A DNA stretch of 63,200 nucleotides from Candidatus Mediterraneibacter intestinigallinarum (GCA_019119265.1 DWXI01000173.1:1-63200); one strand, 5' to 3'; shown: positions 1 to 10,185, counted from the first letter of the stretch. Program-made: numbers and translations. Notes: generated from the sequence alone by a model not told the origin.

Positions 1-96
1 AAACTTTAAAAAATGTTTAACTAATATCCTCTGTTTATTTATGATCATCGTTTATGATAGACAACAGCGATCATAAGAAACAGGGGATATTTGATT

Positions 97-648
97 ATGG
101 AATTTTTAAAAGCAGTTATATTCGGTATCGTAGAAGGAATTACGGAGTGGCTGCCCGTAAGCAGTACAGGGCATATGATCATTCTGGACGAGTTTGTAAG
201 ACTTAGGGGCCCGGATTCTTTTATAAACGTATTACTTGTGGTGATCCAGCTCGGCGCGATCCTTGCCGTGGTCATGCTGTTCTGGAACAGGCTCTTTCCG
301 TTTCAGTTCCGTGACAGAGAGAAACCCGTGATCGAGAAAGAAAAGATGATCCTGTGGGGGAAGATCCTGCTGGCGTGTATTCCTGCCGCTGTCATCGGTG
401 TGTTGTTTGACAGTACTTTTGAAGCCCTTTTCTATCACGCTGTGCCGGTGGCTATAGCGCTGATCGTATTCGGAGTGGCTTTTATCCTTAGCGAGAGGTG
501 GAAAAAAGGAAAAACGGATAAGATTACATCAGTAGATCAGCTTACGGTATCTGCGGTACTTATTATCGGTGTCTTTCAGGTGATCGCTGCGATATTTCCG
601 GGAACTTCCAGATCCGGTGCGACCATCGTGGGCGCCCTGCAGGTATAG
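97..648 (+). pseudogene. uppP: Undecaprenyl-diphosphate phosphatase (UppP/BacA), 3'-truncated
   Basis: GIVEGITEWLPVSSTGH and PGTSRSGAT motifs. Stops just after the second motif (~184 aa vs ~270 typical). Confidence 0.85.
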
Positions 649-668
649 GACGGAAGGAGGCATCAGCA

Positions 669-1352
669 GTGGAAAAAATACTTATCATTGAGGACGACGA
701 GCTTATTGCAGATCTTGAGCGTGACTATCTGCTTGCCGAAGGTATGGAGGCAGATGTAGAGACAGACGGGGATCGCGGTATGGAAAGATTCGAGGAGGAC
801 GCATATACCGCCGTTATACTGGATCTTATGCTGCCGGGGAAAAACGGGTTTGAGATCTGCCGCGAGATCAGGAGGCAGTCTGATATTCCGATCCTGCTTG
901 TAACGGCGAGAAAAGAAGATATCGATAAGATCAAGGGGCTGGGGCTCGGGGCAGATGATTACATTGTTAAGCCGTTCAGTCCTGTGGAACTGATGGCAAG
1001 GGTAAAGGCGCATATCAGGATACACCGGACTTTGAAAACAGATCAGAAAGAGAGATGGCTGACGGCAGGAAAACTAAAGATATATCCGGAATCTTATAAA
1101 GTATATCGGGAAGATAAAGAAATCGATCTGACCAGGCGAGAGTTTGAGATACTCGTGCTATTTGCCCGGAATTCGGGAATTGTTTTTACGCGGGAACGTA
1201 TTTTTGACCATATATGGGGCATGGAGGCGGTAGGAGATATGTCTACGGTCACGGTTCACGTTAATAAACTGCGTGAGAAAATAGAAAAAGATTCCTCGGA
1301 ACCGGAGATGATACAGACTGTATGGGGAGTGGGGTATAGGTTTCGCGGATGA
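669..1352 (+). CDS. OmpR-family response regulator (no adjacent kinase)
   Basis: Receiver motifs (IIEDD, LDLMLP, GADDYIVKPF) plus winged-helix tail TVWGVGYRF. GGAGG RBS, GTG start. Confidence 0.92.
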   Translation: MEKILIIEDDELIADLERDYLLAEGMEADVETDGDRGMERFEEDAYTAVILDLMLPGKNGFEICREIRRQSDIPILLVTARKEDIDKIKGLGLGADDYIVKPFSPVELMARVKAHIRIHRTLKTDQKERWLTAGKLKIYPESYKVYREDKEIDLTRREFEILVLFARNSGIVFTRERIFDHIWGMEAVGDMSTVTVHVNKLREKIEKDSSEPEMIQTVWGVGYRFRG

Positions 1353-1471
1353 AGACGAAAGAAGGCTGAGGGTATATTTGGAGGCACTGCCATGAAAAAT
1401 GCAATGCAGCTAAAGGAAGTATATGTTATAGTTTGAAACAACGGCAAAAATCGCTGTAACCCAGTAAATAC

Positions 1472-3126
1472 AAGGGCACTGAAAAACTTCCATTTTTTCT
1501 TAAGTGGAAGTTTTTCTTTTAGATTATTTTCAATTCTTTGTTTAGAAAAATCACAAAAAAAGCCATGGTTTACTCCATAGCCAGCTCCTCTAATCTTACT
1601 ATTCGTTTTATATTTGCTGTAAATGCCGTAAAATACATTTGCAGATGCATAGCAAATAGACCTCTCGAATCTGCTCTGCGCAATCCGTGAGCTTCTTTTA
1701 ATTCTCCATTCTTTTCTTCTATTCTATGCCGGATCTTCATTCGCTCCTTGAAATATTCACTTTCTTCAAATTTAAGTCTTTCAAGGTTTTTCTCGCTTGC
1801 CTGCGTAATACTGTAACTTCGTATTTTTGCCTTTGATTTCCCCACATAGCAATTCTCTTTTTGCGGACATTTCCGGCATTTAACTTTACTAAAGATATAC
1901 CTTAAATAAGTGTTTCCATTTGAAGCCGACCTTTTTTCTATACGTGTAGAAAGTTCTCCAGCAGGACATTGCAACATACCTGCATCTTTATTGAAACAGA
2001 AACCTTCCTTAAGTTCACCATTTGCGGCAGCCGCTACCGCTGTGTTCGTTCGGGCTATCAGCGCTATTTCTTGTCCGCAGGTTTTCAGATTATCATCACT
2101 GACATATGCCATATCGCCTATCACTTCTGCAACTTGTATTCCGTTTTCCTTTGCTTTTTCTATCAATTTTGGTAATTCCTGTCCATCTGGTGCTCCTCCG
2201 TCTGTTACGCTGATCCCCGCAATGAAACGTTCTTCTGTCATCGCAAGATGATTTTTATACCCATAAAATGTACTGGTTGCCGTCTTGTGTCCAAACCGTG
2301 CGTCTTTATCATCTTTGGAGCGGATTTCCTTGAGATGTTCTAGTAGTTTTTTCATCTCCTGCGAGAGTTTCCGTATTTTTTTATTTCCGCAGGTTTCTAT
2401 TCCTTCTTCCAGAGTCTGGAGTAGTTCTTTAGTGTAGGCAATTTCTTCATCCAGTCCTGCTTCCAAAGATGGTTTCTCGGGAAATAGCTCTGATAATTCA
2501 AAAGCTGTTTTATAAATCTCTTTCCGGAGTTGTTTGCTCATATCCCGCAGAATCTGCGTTGGGGATTTTGCCCGAACAGACGCAAGTGTATGAGTAGAAT
2601 CAACGATAATGGTTCCCGATTTGATCAGTTTTTTGTCTAACGCTTGTTGAATAGTTTCTTTCAGCATTTCTTCCAGGATATCTTCTGTAATACGAGTTTT
2701 TCTGAATTTTGTAAGAAGACTGGGATCTATCATTTTTGCTTCCGGTTCCAGATCAAGGAAAAATTTAAATGCCATGTCCGTCTGGGCGCTGCTGATCAGA
2801 GCTTCATCAGAAAGATCATACAGTTTTTTCAGAAAAAGCAGTTTAAACATCATCTCCGGCTCCTTCGCCGGGCGACCGAAATTTTCACAATATTGCTTAC
2901 GAAGCATTGGATTTACAAAGCTGAAATCTATATTTTCTTTTATTCTCCGCAAAAGATGATCTGCAGGAATGATTGCATCGTAAAGCCCCTGATATGGTGA
3001 CAATGATAATTGTAACTGTGAATGATCTTTTAACATGGCAGCCGCTCCTTCCGTATATTTCTATTATAAAGGAAATACTAAAAAAAGCCCAATTCTTTTT
3101 TAGAATCAGACTTTTTCAGTGCCCTT
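1472..3126 (-). mobile_element. IS1182-family insertion sequence
   Basis: 15-bp terminal inverted repeats AAGGGCACTGAAAAA (1472-1486) / TTTTTCAGTGCCCTT (3112-3126), flanked by direct repeat TAAATAC (1465-1471, 3127-3133). Confidence 0.9.
1570..3036 (-). CDS. IS1182-family DDE transposase
   Basis: DUF772-like N-terminus (HLLRRI..DFSF, GRPA.EP), VDSTH, GYKNH, GDMAY, CPAG, R..IE..NGELK..HG. Confidence 0.92.
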   Translation of the reverse strand: MLKDHSQLQLSLSPYQGLYDAIIPADHLLRRIKENIDFSFVNPMLRKQYCENFGRPAKEPEMMFKLLFLKKLYDLSDEALISSAQTDMAFKFFLDLEPEAKMIDPSLLTKFRKTRITEDILEEMLKETIQQALDKKLIKSGTIIVDSTHTLASVRAKSPTQILRDMSKQLRKEIYKTAFELSELFPEKPSLEAGLDEEIAYTKELLQTLEEGIETCGNKKIRKLSQEMKKLLEHLKEIRSKDDKDARFGHKTATSTFYGYKNHLAMTEERFIAGISVTDGGAPDGQELPKLIEKAKENGIQVAEVIGDMAYVSDDNLKTCGQEIALIARTNTAVAAAANGELKEGFCFNKDAGMLQCPAGELSTRIEKRSASNGNTYLRYIFSKVKCRKCPQKENCYVGKSKAKIRSYSITQASEKNLERLKFEESEYFKERMKIRHRIEEKNGELKEAHGLRRADSRGLFAMHLQMYFTAFTANIKRIVRLEELAME

Positions 3127-3181
3127 TAAATACAAGGGATACAGCGATTTTTTTTCGACAACATTCAAAGACAGGATTTTA

Positions 3182-3843
3182 ATGGAAGCAGATATAGAAG
3201 TCAGCACGAAAGAATGATTGAAAAGATGAGTAACGAGCAGCAATTCTCTTGTTTCATCGAAATCCGGAAAAATGGGTTACGGGTGCATATATCAAAATCG
3301 GATATTTTGGCGAGGGATCTGATCTACGTTATCAGGATGAGATTCATGGCTCTCTGTTTATTCAGGCGGATAGAGTTATAGAACTGATATATCTGAAATG
3401 TATGAAAGCAATGATATCTTACGATAATGTTACCAGAATTGAGACTTATCCTCTTCCTAAAGCAGCTGTCAGAGAGGCGGTATATAATGCGATTATCCTT
3501 TCCAATTATGCGGCGTTAGTTCCAATACAGATCCGGATACATGAGGATGCGGTATATATCAGTAATGTATCAGTAATGACTGCGTTTTTCCGGTTGGGTG
3601 GACTGTGGAAAAATAGGGGCGTGGAATAGAAAAAATATGCATTTAGAAGATATTATGGTGAAATTTACGCCTTTAGGACATCAGGACATTTTAAAAGATC
3701 AAAATGTCCTAATAAATGTTCCATTAAATGTCCTAATAAATGATCCATTAGAGAAAGAAGTATTATCAGCAATAGAAGAAAACTCAAAAGGGATTATCGA
3801 GCGTATCGGCAGCCGCAAATAAGGACAATGGATTGTAAAGTAG
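3182..3843 (+). pseudogene. Fragmented ATP-binding transcriptional regulator (AlbA_2/RecG C-terminal-like family)
   Basis: GAYIKIGYF, P..AVREA..NAI motifs. An 11-bp tandem duplication (3557-3578) shifts the frame. NVxx repeats and an HTH tail IERIGSRK*GQW with a premature stop. Confidence 0.7.
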
Positions 3844-3867
3844 AGTTTTACTGAGAGAAGAGAGATG

Positions 3868-3902
3868 AAACAGGTACTTGCTTCCGCTCAAGTACCTGTT
3901 TT
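3868..3902 (+). terminator. Intrinsic terminator
   Basis: AAACAGGTACTTG / CAAGTACCTGTTT stem followed by T residues. Confidence 0.7.
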
Positions 3903-3967
3903 GCTATGCTGAAAAAGTGAATTGAAAGATACTATAAAAATGGAGGAAGCAATTCCGGACATTTTGC

Positions 3968-4075
3968 ATTGATGTGCTCATAAACAATGACGGATACGGT
4001 TACCGTGCTGCAGTGGACGGTACGCAGCCGGGCGATCCGCACAAGGGAGCTCAGACGATTATGAAAATCGTGCAG
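3968..4075 (+). pseudogene. Short-chain dehydrogenase remnant
   Basis: Frame reads IDVLINNDGYGYRAAV (NNAG-like) fused directly to DGTQPGDPHKGAQ (C-terminal QPGDP motif). Confidence 0.55.
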
Positions 4076-4142
4076 GGAGGCGATGTTTTGGTTTCATCTG
4101 CAGGTATTTTAACACAATTCTGTCGGTGAAGATGTATAATAA

Positions 4143-4183
4143 TTTTAACAATTCAGAAACAATAGTCAAACATTCCGGAAACA
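4143..4183 (+). promoter_or_regulatory. 11-bp-phased direct-repeat operator (OmpR-type site)
   Basis: AACA at 4147, 4158, 4169 and 4180. Related motif at 18397 and 24683. Confidence 0.6.
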
Positions 4184-4387
4184 CAATTTCCCTATTGTAT
4201 GTTAAGATAAAATAATATAGGGGCCAAAAGCCCCGATATGATGCCTGCGGATTGTTCGGCGCTGTATACCTCCATGTCTGGACCCCGGTTCGGCCGGCGC
4301 TAAACGCGCGCGTGCCGGCGTGCAGAACTCTGGTATCATACAAGTATCAGACTTGAGCGGGTCTGTGTGGAAAGTGAGGAAGAGAAG

Positions 4388-5059
4388 ATGGTACGTATCC
4401 TTGTAGTCGAGGACGATGAAAAGTTAAACAAAATTGTCTGTACTTATTTAAATGACAGCGGCTTTCAGGCGACAGGGTGTTCAAATGCACGGAACGCCTA
4501 TGACGAAATGTACAGTCAGCTCTACGATCTGATCATTTCGGATATTATGATGCCGGAGATCGACGGATTCGAATTTGCCAGAACAGTGCGCAAAGTAAAC
4601 GAGAGAATCCCGATCCTATTCATGTCTGCGAAGGACGACCTTACGTCGAAGCAGAAAGGGTTCCGTCTCGGAATCGATGATTATATGGTAAAGCCGGTGG
4701 ATCTGGACGAACTGATGCTTCGCGTGAGGGCGCTGCTGCGAAGAGCCAATATTGAGACAGAGCGGAAGATTAAGGCAGGTAATCTGACGCTGGATGCGGA
4801 CGGTATGAGCGCGGAAGTGGACGGCGAGGAGATCAGCCTGACAACACGGGAATTTAATATCATATATAAACTTCTGTCCTATCCGAAGAAGACATTTTCC
4901 AGAGCGCAGCTCATGGATGAGTTCTGGGATGTGGACAGTGATACAAGTCTCCGCGCTGTGGATGTATATATGACAAAACTGAGAAATAAGCTCTCAGGCT
5001 GTGACGGGTTTAAGATCATGACTGTCAGGGGGCTGGGATATAAGGCGGTGCTGCAATGA
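4388..5059 (+). CDS. OmpR-family response regulator (HssR-like)
   Basis: VVEDD, SDIMMP, GIDDYMVKP, TVRGLGYKAV. Confidence 0.93.
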   Translation: MVRILVVEDDEKLNKIVCTYLNDSGFQATGCSNARNAYDEMYSQLYDLIISDIMMPEIDGFEFARTVRKVNERIPILFMSAKDDLTSKQKGFRLGIDDYMVKPVDLDELMLRVRALLRRANIETERKIKAGNLTLDADGMSAEVDGEEISLTTREFNIIYKLLSYPKKTFSRAQLMDEFWDVDSDTSLRAVDVYMTKLRNKLSGCDGFKIMTVRGLGYKAVLQ

Positions 5060-6189
5060 GCGGAAAGAAGACAAGCAGCGGAGGTTTGACTAGGAACGAA
5101 ACCAGGAAAAACAGACAGCCAATGATCAGGAACAGTCTCTTTCCGCTGTCCCTCTTCGGTATTTTCCTGGGGGTGCTTTTTCTCATGTCGGGCCTCCATG
5201 TCGGGCTTGTCGTGCTGATGAACAAGCTGGGATGGAATGAGCTTATCCAGACCATTGTACCGATGATCTACTGGGGATGCGTGGCAGTAGGGCTGACTTT
5301 ATTTACGAGAATGAAGATAAAGAGCACTTACGAAGAGCCGCTCCATAAGCTCGCGGAAGCGACGGAGCAGGTGGCAAACGGAGACTTTTCCGTATACGTT
5401 CCCACCACACACACATCCGACAGGCTGGATTATCTGGACGTGATGATCCTGGATTTCAATAAGATGGTGGAAGAACTGGGAAGCGTGGAGACTTTAAAGA
5501 CAGATTTTGTATCCAACGTCTCTCATGAGATGAAGACGCCTATTGCGATCATCAAGAACTATGCCGAACTTCTCCAGACCGGAAAAGGAACGGAAGAGGA
5601 ACGTATGGAATACGCACGCAGCATTGAAGAAGCGGCGTCACGTCTTTCCGGCCTTATTACCGATATCCTCCGTCTGAATAAACTGGAGCATCAGAGGATC
5701 GATCCGGAGATCGAGACGTTCGATCTTTGTGCACAGCTTGAAGAGTGTATCCTTAACTATGAAGATATGTGGGATGAAAAAGATCTGCAACTGGAAGTTG
5801 ATATGGAAGAAAAGACAGTTGTGGACGCAGACAAAAGTCTCATGGAACTGGTATGGAATAATCTGCTGTCCAATGCTGCCAAGTTTACGGAACCCGGAGG
5901 AAGAGTGACGGTTCGTCAGACTTCTTCCGGCGGATATGCGGTGGTCGAAGTGACAGATACGGGATGCGGTATGAGCGGAGAGAGTATCCGGCATATTTTT
6001 GATAAATTTTATCAGGGAGATACTTCCCATTCGAAAGAAGGAAATGGGCTCGGGCTTGCCCTGGTCAGACGGATCCTTATGCTGATGGACGGCGATATCA
6101 GCGTCGTCAGTGAAGAAGGCAGGGGAAGCATATTTACGGTAAGGATTCCTGTGTCGCCGGAAACAGGAAAGACAGATCGGAGGAACTGA
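5056..6189 (+). CDS. Sensor histidine kinase (HssS-like; TM-HAMP-HisKA-HATPase)
   Basis: H box SHEMKTP, N box NLLSNAAKFT, DTGCG, GNGLGLAL. Overlaps the RR stop codon (ATGA). Confidence 0.93.
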   Translation: MSGKKTSSGGLTRNETRKNRQPMIRNSLFPLSLFGIFLGVLFLMSGLHVGLVVLMNKLGWNELIQTIVPMIYWGCVAVGLTLFTRMKIKSTYEEPLHKLAEATEQVANGDFSVYVPTTHTSDRLDYLDVMILDFNKMVEELGSVETLKTDFVSNVSHEMKTPIAIIKNYAELLQTGKGTEEERMEYARSIEEAASRLSGLITDILRLNKLEHQRIDPEIETFDLCAQLEECILNYEDMWDEKDLQLEVDMEEKTVVDADKSLMELVWNNLLSNAAKFTEPGGRVTVRQTSSGGYAVVEVTDTGCGMSGESIRHIFDKFYQGDTSHSKEGNGLGLALVRRILMLMDGDISVVSEEGRGSIFTVRIPVSPETGKTDRRN

Positions 6190-6193
6190 GCGG

Positions 6194-6763
6194 ATGGAAC
6201 AGGCAAAGAGAAGGAACAGAAATTTTATCGCATATGAATATAAGGAAGTGACTGCGGATATTGCCCAGGCGTCTTTTCTCATGGACGGATATGTAAATTT
6301 CGGATGGGAGATCGATGAAAATGTAATGTCGGACACGACGGAAAGGTATTTGGCGAAGACGGGAACGCATCAGTACAGGAAAACGGTGATCCGCCTGAAG
6401 CGTGACAGGAACATCCTCAATAAAACAGAACTGACCAGACTTCAGCGAAACTTTGAGGCGTGCGTTGTGGAGATCGGGAATCTTGAGAAAGAGAAGACGT
6501 TCCGCCCGTCCATTGCCGCGATAACTGCAGGGATCATCGGAACGGCATTTATGGCGGGATCCACATTTGCGGCGACAGCGCAGCAGCCGCATATTATACT
6601 GTGCATTATCCTTGCGATACCGGGATTCCTCGGATGGGTGGTGCCGTACTTTCTGTATAAAGCAGGTGTCAGACGGCAGACAGAGAAGATCACGCCACTG
6701 ATTGAGGCAAAGTATGATGAAATCTATGAAATATGTGAGAAAGGGAATAAGCTGCTGAATTGA
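6194..6763 (+). CDS. Conserved hypothetical membrane protein (two C-terminal TM helices)
   Basis: Operonic with the TCS. Hydrophobic segments IAAITAGIIGTAFMAG and IILCIILAIPGFLGW. Confidence 0.8.
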   Translation: MEQAKRRNRNFIAYEYKEVTADIAQASFLMDGYVNFGWEIDENVMSDTTERYLAKTGTHQYRKTVIRLKRDRNILNKTELTRLQRNFEACVVEIGNLEKEKTFRPSIAAITAGIIGTAFMAGSTFAATAQQPHIILCIILAIPGFLGWVVPYFLYKAGVRRQTEKITPLIEAKYDEIYEICEKGNKLLN

Positions 6764-6812
6764 AAAGAGTCTGTCGTTCGGAAGCAAGTTTGAAATTATA
6801 GGAAGGGGATAT

Positions 6813-7415
6813 ATGATGAAACTGGATCGGAAAACTGCAGAACTGGAACTGGAAAGAGCGGGGAGATTAAATCCCGGGAAATGGACGGATCATTCCCGTT
6901 ATACCGCGCAGGCGTGTGAGAATATAGCGGCGCGCTGCGATGGTATGTCTCCTGATACGGCATACTGTTACGGTCTGCTGCATGATATCGGGCGGTATGC
7001 CGGGGTGACTTCAGAGAAGCATCTGATCGACGGCTACCGGTTCTGTATGGAGCGGGGATGGGAGAAAGCGGCGCAGATCTGTATCTCCCATGCATTTATG
7101 ATACAGGATATCAGGACGTCGATAGGAACTTTTGATGTGACGGAAGAAGACTATAAGTTTATGGAGCATTTTGTCAAAAATGCGGTTTATGATGATTATG
7201 ACAGGTTAGTGCAGCTATGCGATTCTCTTGCGCTTCCATCCGGTTTCTGCCTTCTGGAGAAGCGCTTTGTGGACGTGGCGCTGCGGTACGGCACACCGCC
7301 GGTTCTGGCAGAGCGCTGGCGCCGGACACTTGAGATCAGGGATATGTTTGAGAAAAAGATAAACGGTTCCATATACAATCTGCTGCCCGGGGTGGAAGAA
7401 AATACATTCAGATGA
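6813..7415 (+). CDS. HD-domain metal-dependent phosphohydrolase
   Basis: DHS...GLLHDIGR...H...LCD metal ligands. Confidence 0.88.
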   Translation: MMKLDRKTAELELERAGRLNPGKWTDHSRYTAQACENIAARCDGMSPDTAYCYGLLHDIGRYAGVTSEKHLIDGYRFCMERGWEKAAQICISHAFMIQDIRTSIGTFDVTEEDYKFMEHFVKNAVYDDYDRLVQLCDSLALPSGFCLLEKRFVDVALRYGTPPVLAERWRRTLEIRDMFEKKINGSIYNLLPGVEENTFR

Positions 7416-7507
7416 ACATGTGACACATCAGAAAATATATACAGGAACAGAGAGAACGGAGCGTCTTGCGAACCTCGGATATGGAAAGCATGAGAAAGGA
7501 AAAGCAT

Positions 7508-8311
7508 ATGAATACAGACATTAAAATAGCAGCGTCGGACATCGACGGAACTTTTGTGCGTTCTGATTACACATACGATGTGCCTCGCTTTAGGAGGATA
7601 CTGGCGTGGATGAAAGAGGCGGGATGCAGTTTTGTCGTGGCAAGCGGCAACCAGTATTATCAGCTCAGGGATCTTTTCCCGGGATATGACGAGGAATTAT
7701 CCTTTGTGGCCGAAAACGGCGCGTTTGTCAAAGATCGGACAGAGATTGTCTTTGCCGCCGACATGCCGAAAGAGATGGTGCGCTTTGTCACTGATCTGTG
7801 TGAGGAATACCCGGAGATACAAAATGTGATGTGCGGCCTGCATAGCGCTTACTGTCAGAGGAAATCAGTAAGCGCAGAGTTTTTCGAACTTACAAAGATA
7901 TACTGTCACCGGCTGGAATGGGCAGATGATTTCAGAAAAGTAGATGATCAGATACTCAAATTTGCAGCTACCGTACCGGAAGAAAAAACATATTATTATT
8001 ACGATATGTTCCGTGAGCGGCTTGAAGGAAGACTGGAGCCGACGACAAGCGGGCACGGGGCGATCGACCTGATCCTGCCGGGATGCCATAAAGCGTCAGG
8101 GCTGAAAAGACTGGCAAAGCGCCGCGGAATATCGCCGGAACAGTGCGCAGCATTCGGTGACGGCGGCAATGATATCGAGATGCTGAAATACTGCGGTCAC
8201 AGCTATGCCATGGCGAACGCTCCGGAGGAGGTAAAGCAGACGGCAAAATGCGTGTGTCCGTCAAATGAAGAAGACGGCGTGCTTGTGACACTTGAGGAAT
8301 TATTTCCGTAA
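7508..8311 (+). CDS. Cof-type HAD-IIB hydrolase
   Basis: DIDGT motif I, VASG, KASGL, AFGDGGNDIEML. Confidence 0.92.
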   Translation: MNTDIKIAASDIDGTFVRSDYTYDVPRFRRILAWMKEAGCSFVVASGNQYYQLRDLFPGYDEELSFVAENGAFVKDRTEIVFAADMPKEMVRFVTDLCEEYPEIQNVMCGLHSAYCQRKSVSAEFFELTKIYCHRLEWADDFRKVDDQILKFAATVPEEKTYYYYDMFRERLEGRLEPTTSGHGAIDLILPGCHKASGLKRLAKRRGISPEQCAAFGDGGNDIEMLKYCGHSYAMANAPEEVKQTAKCVCPSNEEDGVLVTLEELFP

Positions 8312-8436
8312 TATTTATGTCAGTGGCCGATGTTAAGCATATCTTGTGACTGGAAATATCAGGCATTTTCCGAAAAAGCCGTTTATTGTTACAGCAAAAG
8401 AATTTTTAGATATATTAGATCGTAAATAGAATTATT

Positions 8437-8476
8437 CAGGCGGGATTTGTAGCTTTAAAGTTTCAGATCCCGCCTG
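8437..8476. terminator. Hairpin, probable terminator
   Basis: CAGGCGGGAT / ATCCCGCCTG inverted repeat downstream of the HAD gene. Confidence 0.5.
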
Positions 8477-8506
8477 TTTGCACGTTAAGTGATTAAACAT
8501 ATAAAA

Positions 8507-8543
8507 TGTAACTATTGACATTACAACAAAAGAGTGTTATCTT
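8507..8543 (+). promoter_or_regulatory. SigA promoter overlapped by a TGTAA-N9-TTACA Rrf2-type operator
   Basis: TGTAACTATTGACATTACA (8507-8525) contains -35 TTGACA (8515-8520). TATCTT -10 lies at 17-bp spacing (8538-8543). Confidence 0.7.
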
Positions 8544-8611
8544 GAGAGCGGTTGGGATCAACGAAGATATATGCAGGAGCATGGAAGATATCAGGAAAGA
8601 GGCGGAAAAAG

Positions 8612-9493
8612 ATGCGGTTCGGTAAACACGTGGATGAAAAGGATAAAGAAAAAAAGAACAGCGCGGGCGGCAGGCAGGAAGAGAGGCTTGACTATCTGCT
8701 CCGTGAATTTAAGGAAGATTCCGTGCAGTACAGAGACCTGGAAACAGGAGCGGACTATCAGGAGAAGCGGAGACTCCTGCGCTCCCTTATGAATATCCGT
8801 ATGCCGGGAAAAATGAATGAAGAAGTCCTGCGAGTGCAGGATGATTTCCTGACCGAAGAGGCGAAAGAAAAAGGAATCGTGGAACTTGACGATATCCTGA
8901 CGGTGGGAGAGCAGTACGGCAGCAGCCATCCCTATGCGGATAAAATGTCTGTCTGGCAGGGAGATATTACCAGACTCCATGTCGGAGCTATCGTCAACGC
9001 AGCGAACTCGCAGATGCTCGGATGTTTCGTGCCATGTCACGGATGCATCGACAATGCCATCCACAGCGCGGCAGGGATTGAACTGCGTGAGGCGTGCAGC
9101 CATTATATGAACCGGAAGCGGATGCAGTACGGCCGCCGCTATGAGGAACCAACAGGACAGGCTGTTCTGACAGAAGGATACAATCTGCCCGCTGAGTACG
9201 TGATCCATACAGTGGGCCCCATTGTGGGAGGTTATCTGAATCAGGGCCTGAGGGACGATCTGAGGAACTGTTATCAGAATGTACTGAAGTGCTGCGTGGA
9301 GCATAAGATACGTTCTGTAGCGTTTTGCTGCATCAGCACCGGGGAATTTTGTTTCCCGAATGACGAGGCGGCGAAGATTGCGGTGGAGACTGTGACAGAG
9401 TTTCTAAACGAGCATACTGAGGAATTTGACCGGGTGGTTTTCAATGTTTTCAAGGATGTGGATCGGGAACTATATGAAGAAGAGCTGAGTTGA
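8612..9493 (+). CDS. Zinc-type macrodomain protein-ADP-ribose hydrolase (SirTM-associated)
   Basis: WQGDIT, IVNAAN, Zn loop GCFVPCHGCIDNAIH, HTVGP, FCCISTGEF. N-terminal helical extension RLLRSLMNIR. Confidence 0.92.
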   Translation: MRFGKHVDEKDKEKKNSAGGRQEERLDYLLREFKEDSVQYRDLETGADYQEKRRLLRSLMNIRMPGKMNEEVLRVQDDFLTEEAKEKGIVELDDILTVGEQYGSSHPYADKMSVWQGDITRLHVGAIVNAANSQMLGCFVPCHGCIDNAIHSAAGIELREACSHYMNRKRMQYGRRYEEPTGQAVLTEGYNLPAEYVIHTVGPIVGGYLNQGLRDDLRNCYQNVLKCCVEHKIRSVAFCCISTGEFCFPNDEAAKIAVETVTEFLNEHTEEFDRVVFNVFKDVDRELYEEELS

Positions 9494-9525
9494 TTTTCAT
9501 ACAGGCATAAATTTTTCTGTGCATA

Positions 9526-9573
9526 TTGACATGGTAGTAATATATATACATAATATATATAGAATATTACTAC
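9526..9573 (+). promoter_or_regulatory. TA operon promoter with palindromic operator
   Basis: TTGACA 9526-9531, CATAAT 9549-9554. Inverted repeat GTAGTAATAT (9534) / ATATTACTAC (9564). Confidence 0.7.
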
Positions 9574-9597
9574 TGAATAGATGCGGGAGGTTGAGTT

Positions 9598-9864
9598 ATG
9601 AATATACGTCCATCAGCAGCAATCCGTCAGAATTACAACGAGATTGCCGAAATGTGCAGAAAGACTGCAGAGCCGGTTTTCCTGACCAAGAACGGAGAGG
9701 GAGATTTAGTCGTTATGGATATTGAGACTTATAACCGCAGGGAGAAAATGCTGAAGTTACGCGAGGAACTGCTTGCAGTTGAGGAGGACAGAATTGCGGG
9801 AAGAAAAGGCTGTACTCTTGACGAACTGGACGCTTATCTTGATGAAGTGATCTCAGAGGTATAA
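9598..9864 (+). CDS. Type II antitoxin, Phd/YefM family
   Basis: EPVFLTKNGEGDLVVMDIETY signature and acidic C-terminus. Confidence 0.9.
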   Translation: MNIRPSAAIRQNYNEIAEMCRKTAEPVFLTKNGEGDLVVMDIETYNRREKMLKLREELLAVEEDRIAGRKGCTLDELDAYLDEVISEV

Positions 9865-9867
9865 CGT

Positions 9868-10185
9868 ATGGTATCAAACAGCAAGTATAAAGTCATTGTT
9901 TCCGATCGGGCAAAAAGGATGTTGGGAACGCATATCCGCTTTATGGCGCAGGTTGACAAGAAGGCAGCGGAGGCAAAGAAAGAGGAGGTTATGGCGGCGC
10001 TGCGCTCTTTAAGCCAGATGCCGCAGCGTTTTCCGTTCTTTGAGGAACCATATATCACGCCGAACAAATACCATAAAATGTTTATTGAAAAGTGGTATCT
10101 TGTTCTTTATCAAATTCAGGATAATACCGTATATGTAGAGTATATCCTTGACTGCCGCAAGGATTATAACTGGCTTATCAAATAA
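9868..10185 (+). CDS. Type II toxin, RelE/ParE family
   Basis: 105 aa basic protein (YKVIVSDRA, L..MP.RFP, YLVLYQI..VYV..I.D.R) directly after the antitoxin. Confidence 0.88.
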   Translation: MVSNSKYKVIVSDRAKRMLGTHIRFMAQVDKKAAEAKKEEVMAALRSLSQMPQRFPFFEEPYITPNKYHKMFIEKWYLVLYQIQDNTVYVEYILDCRKDYNWLIK

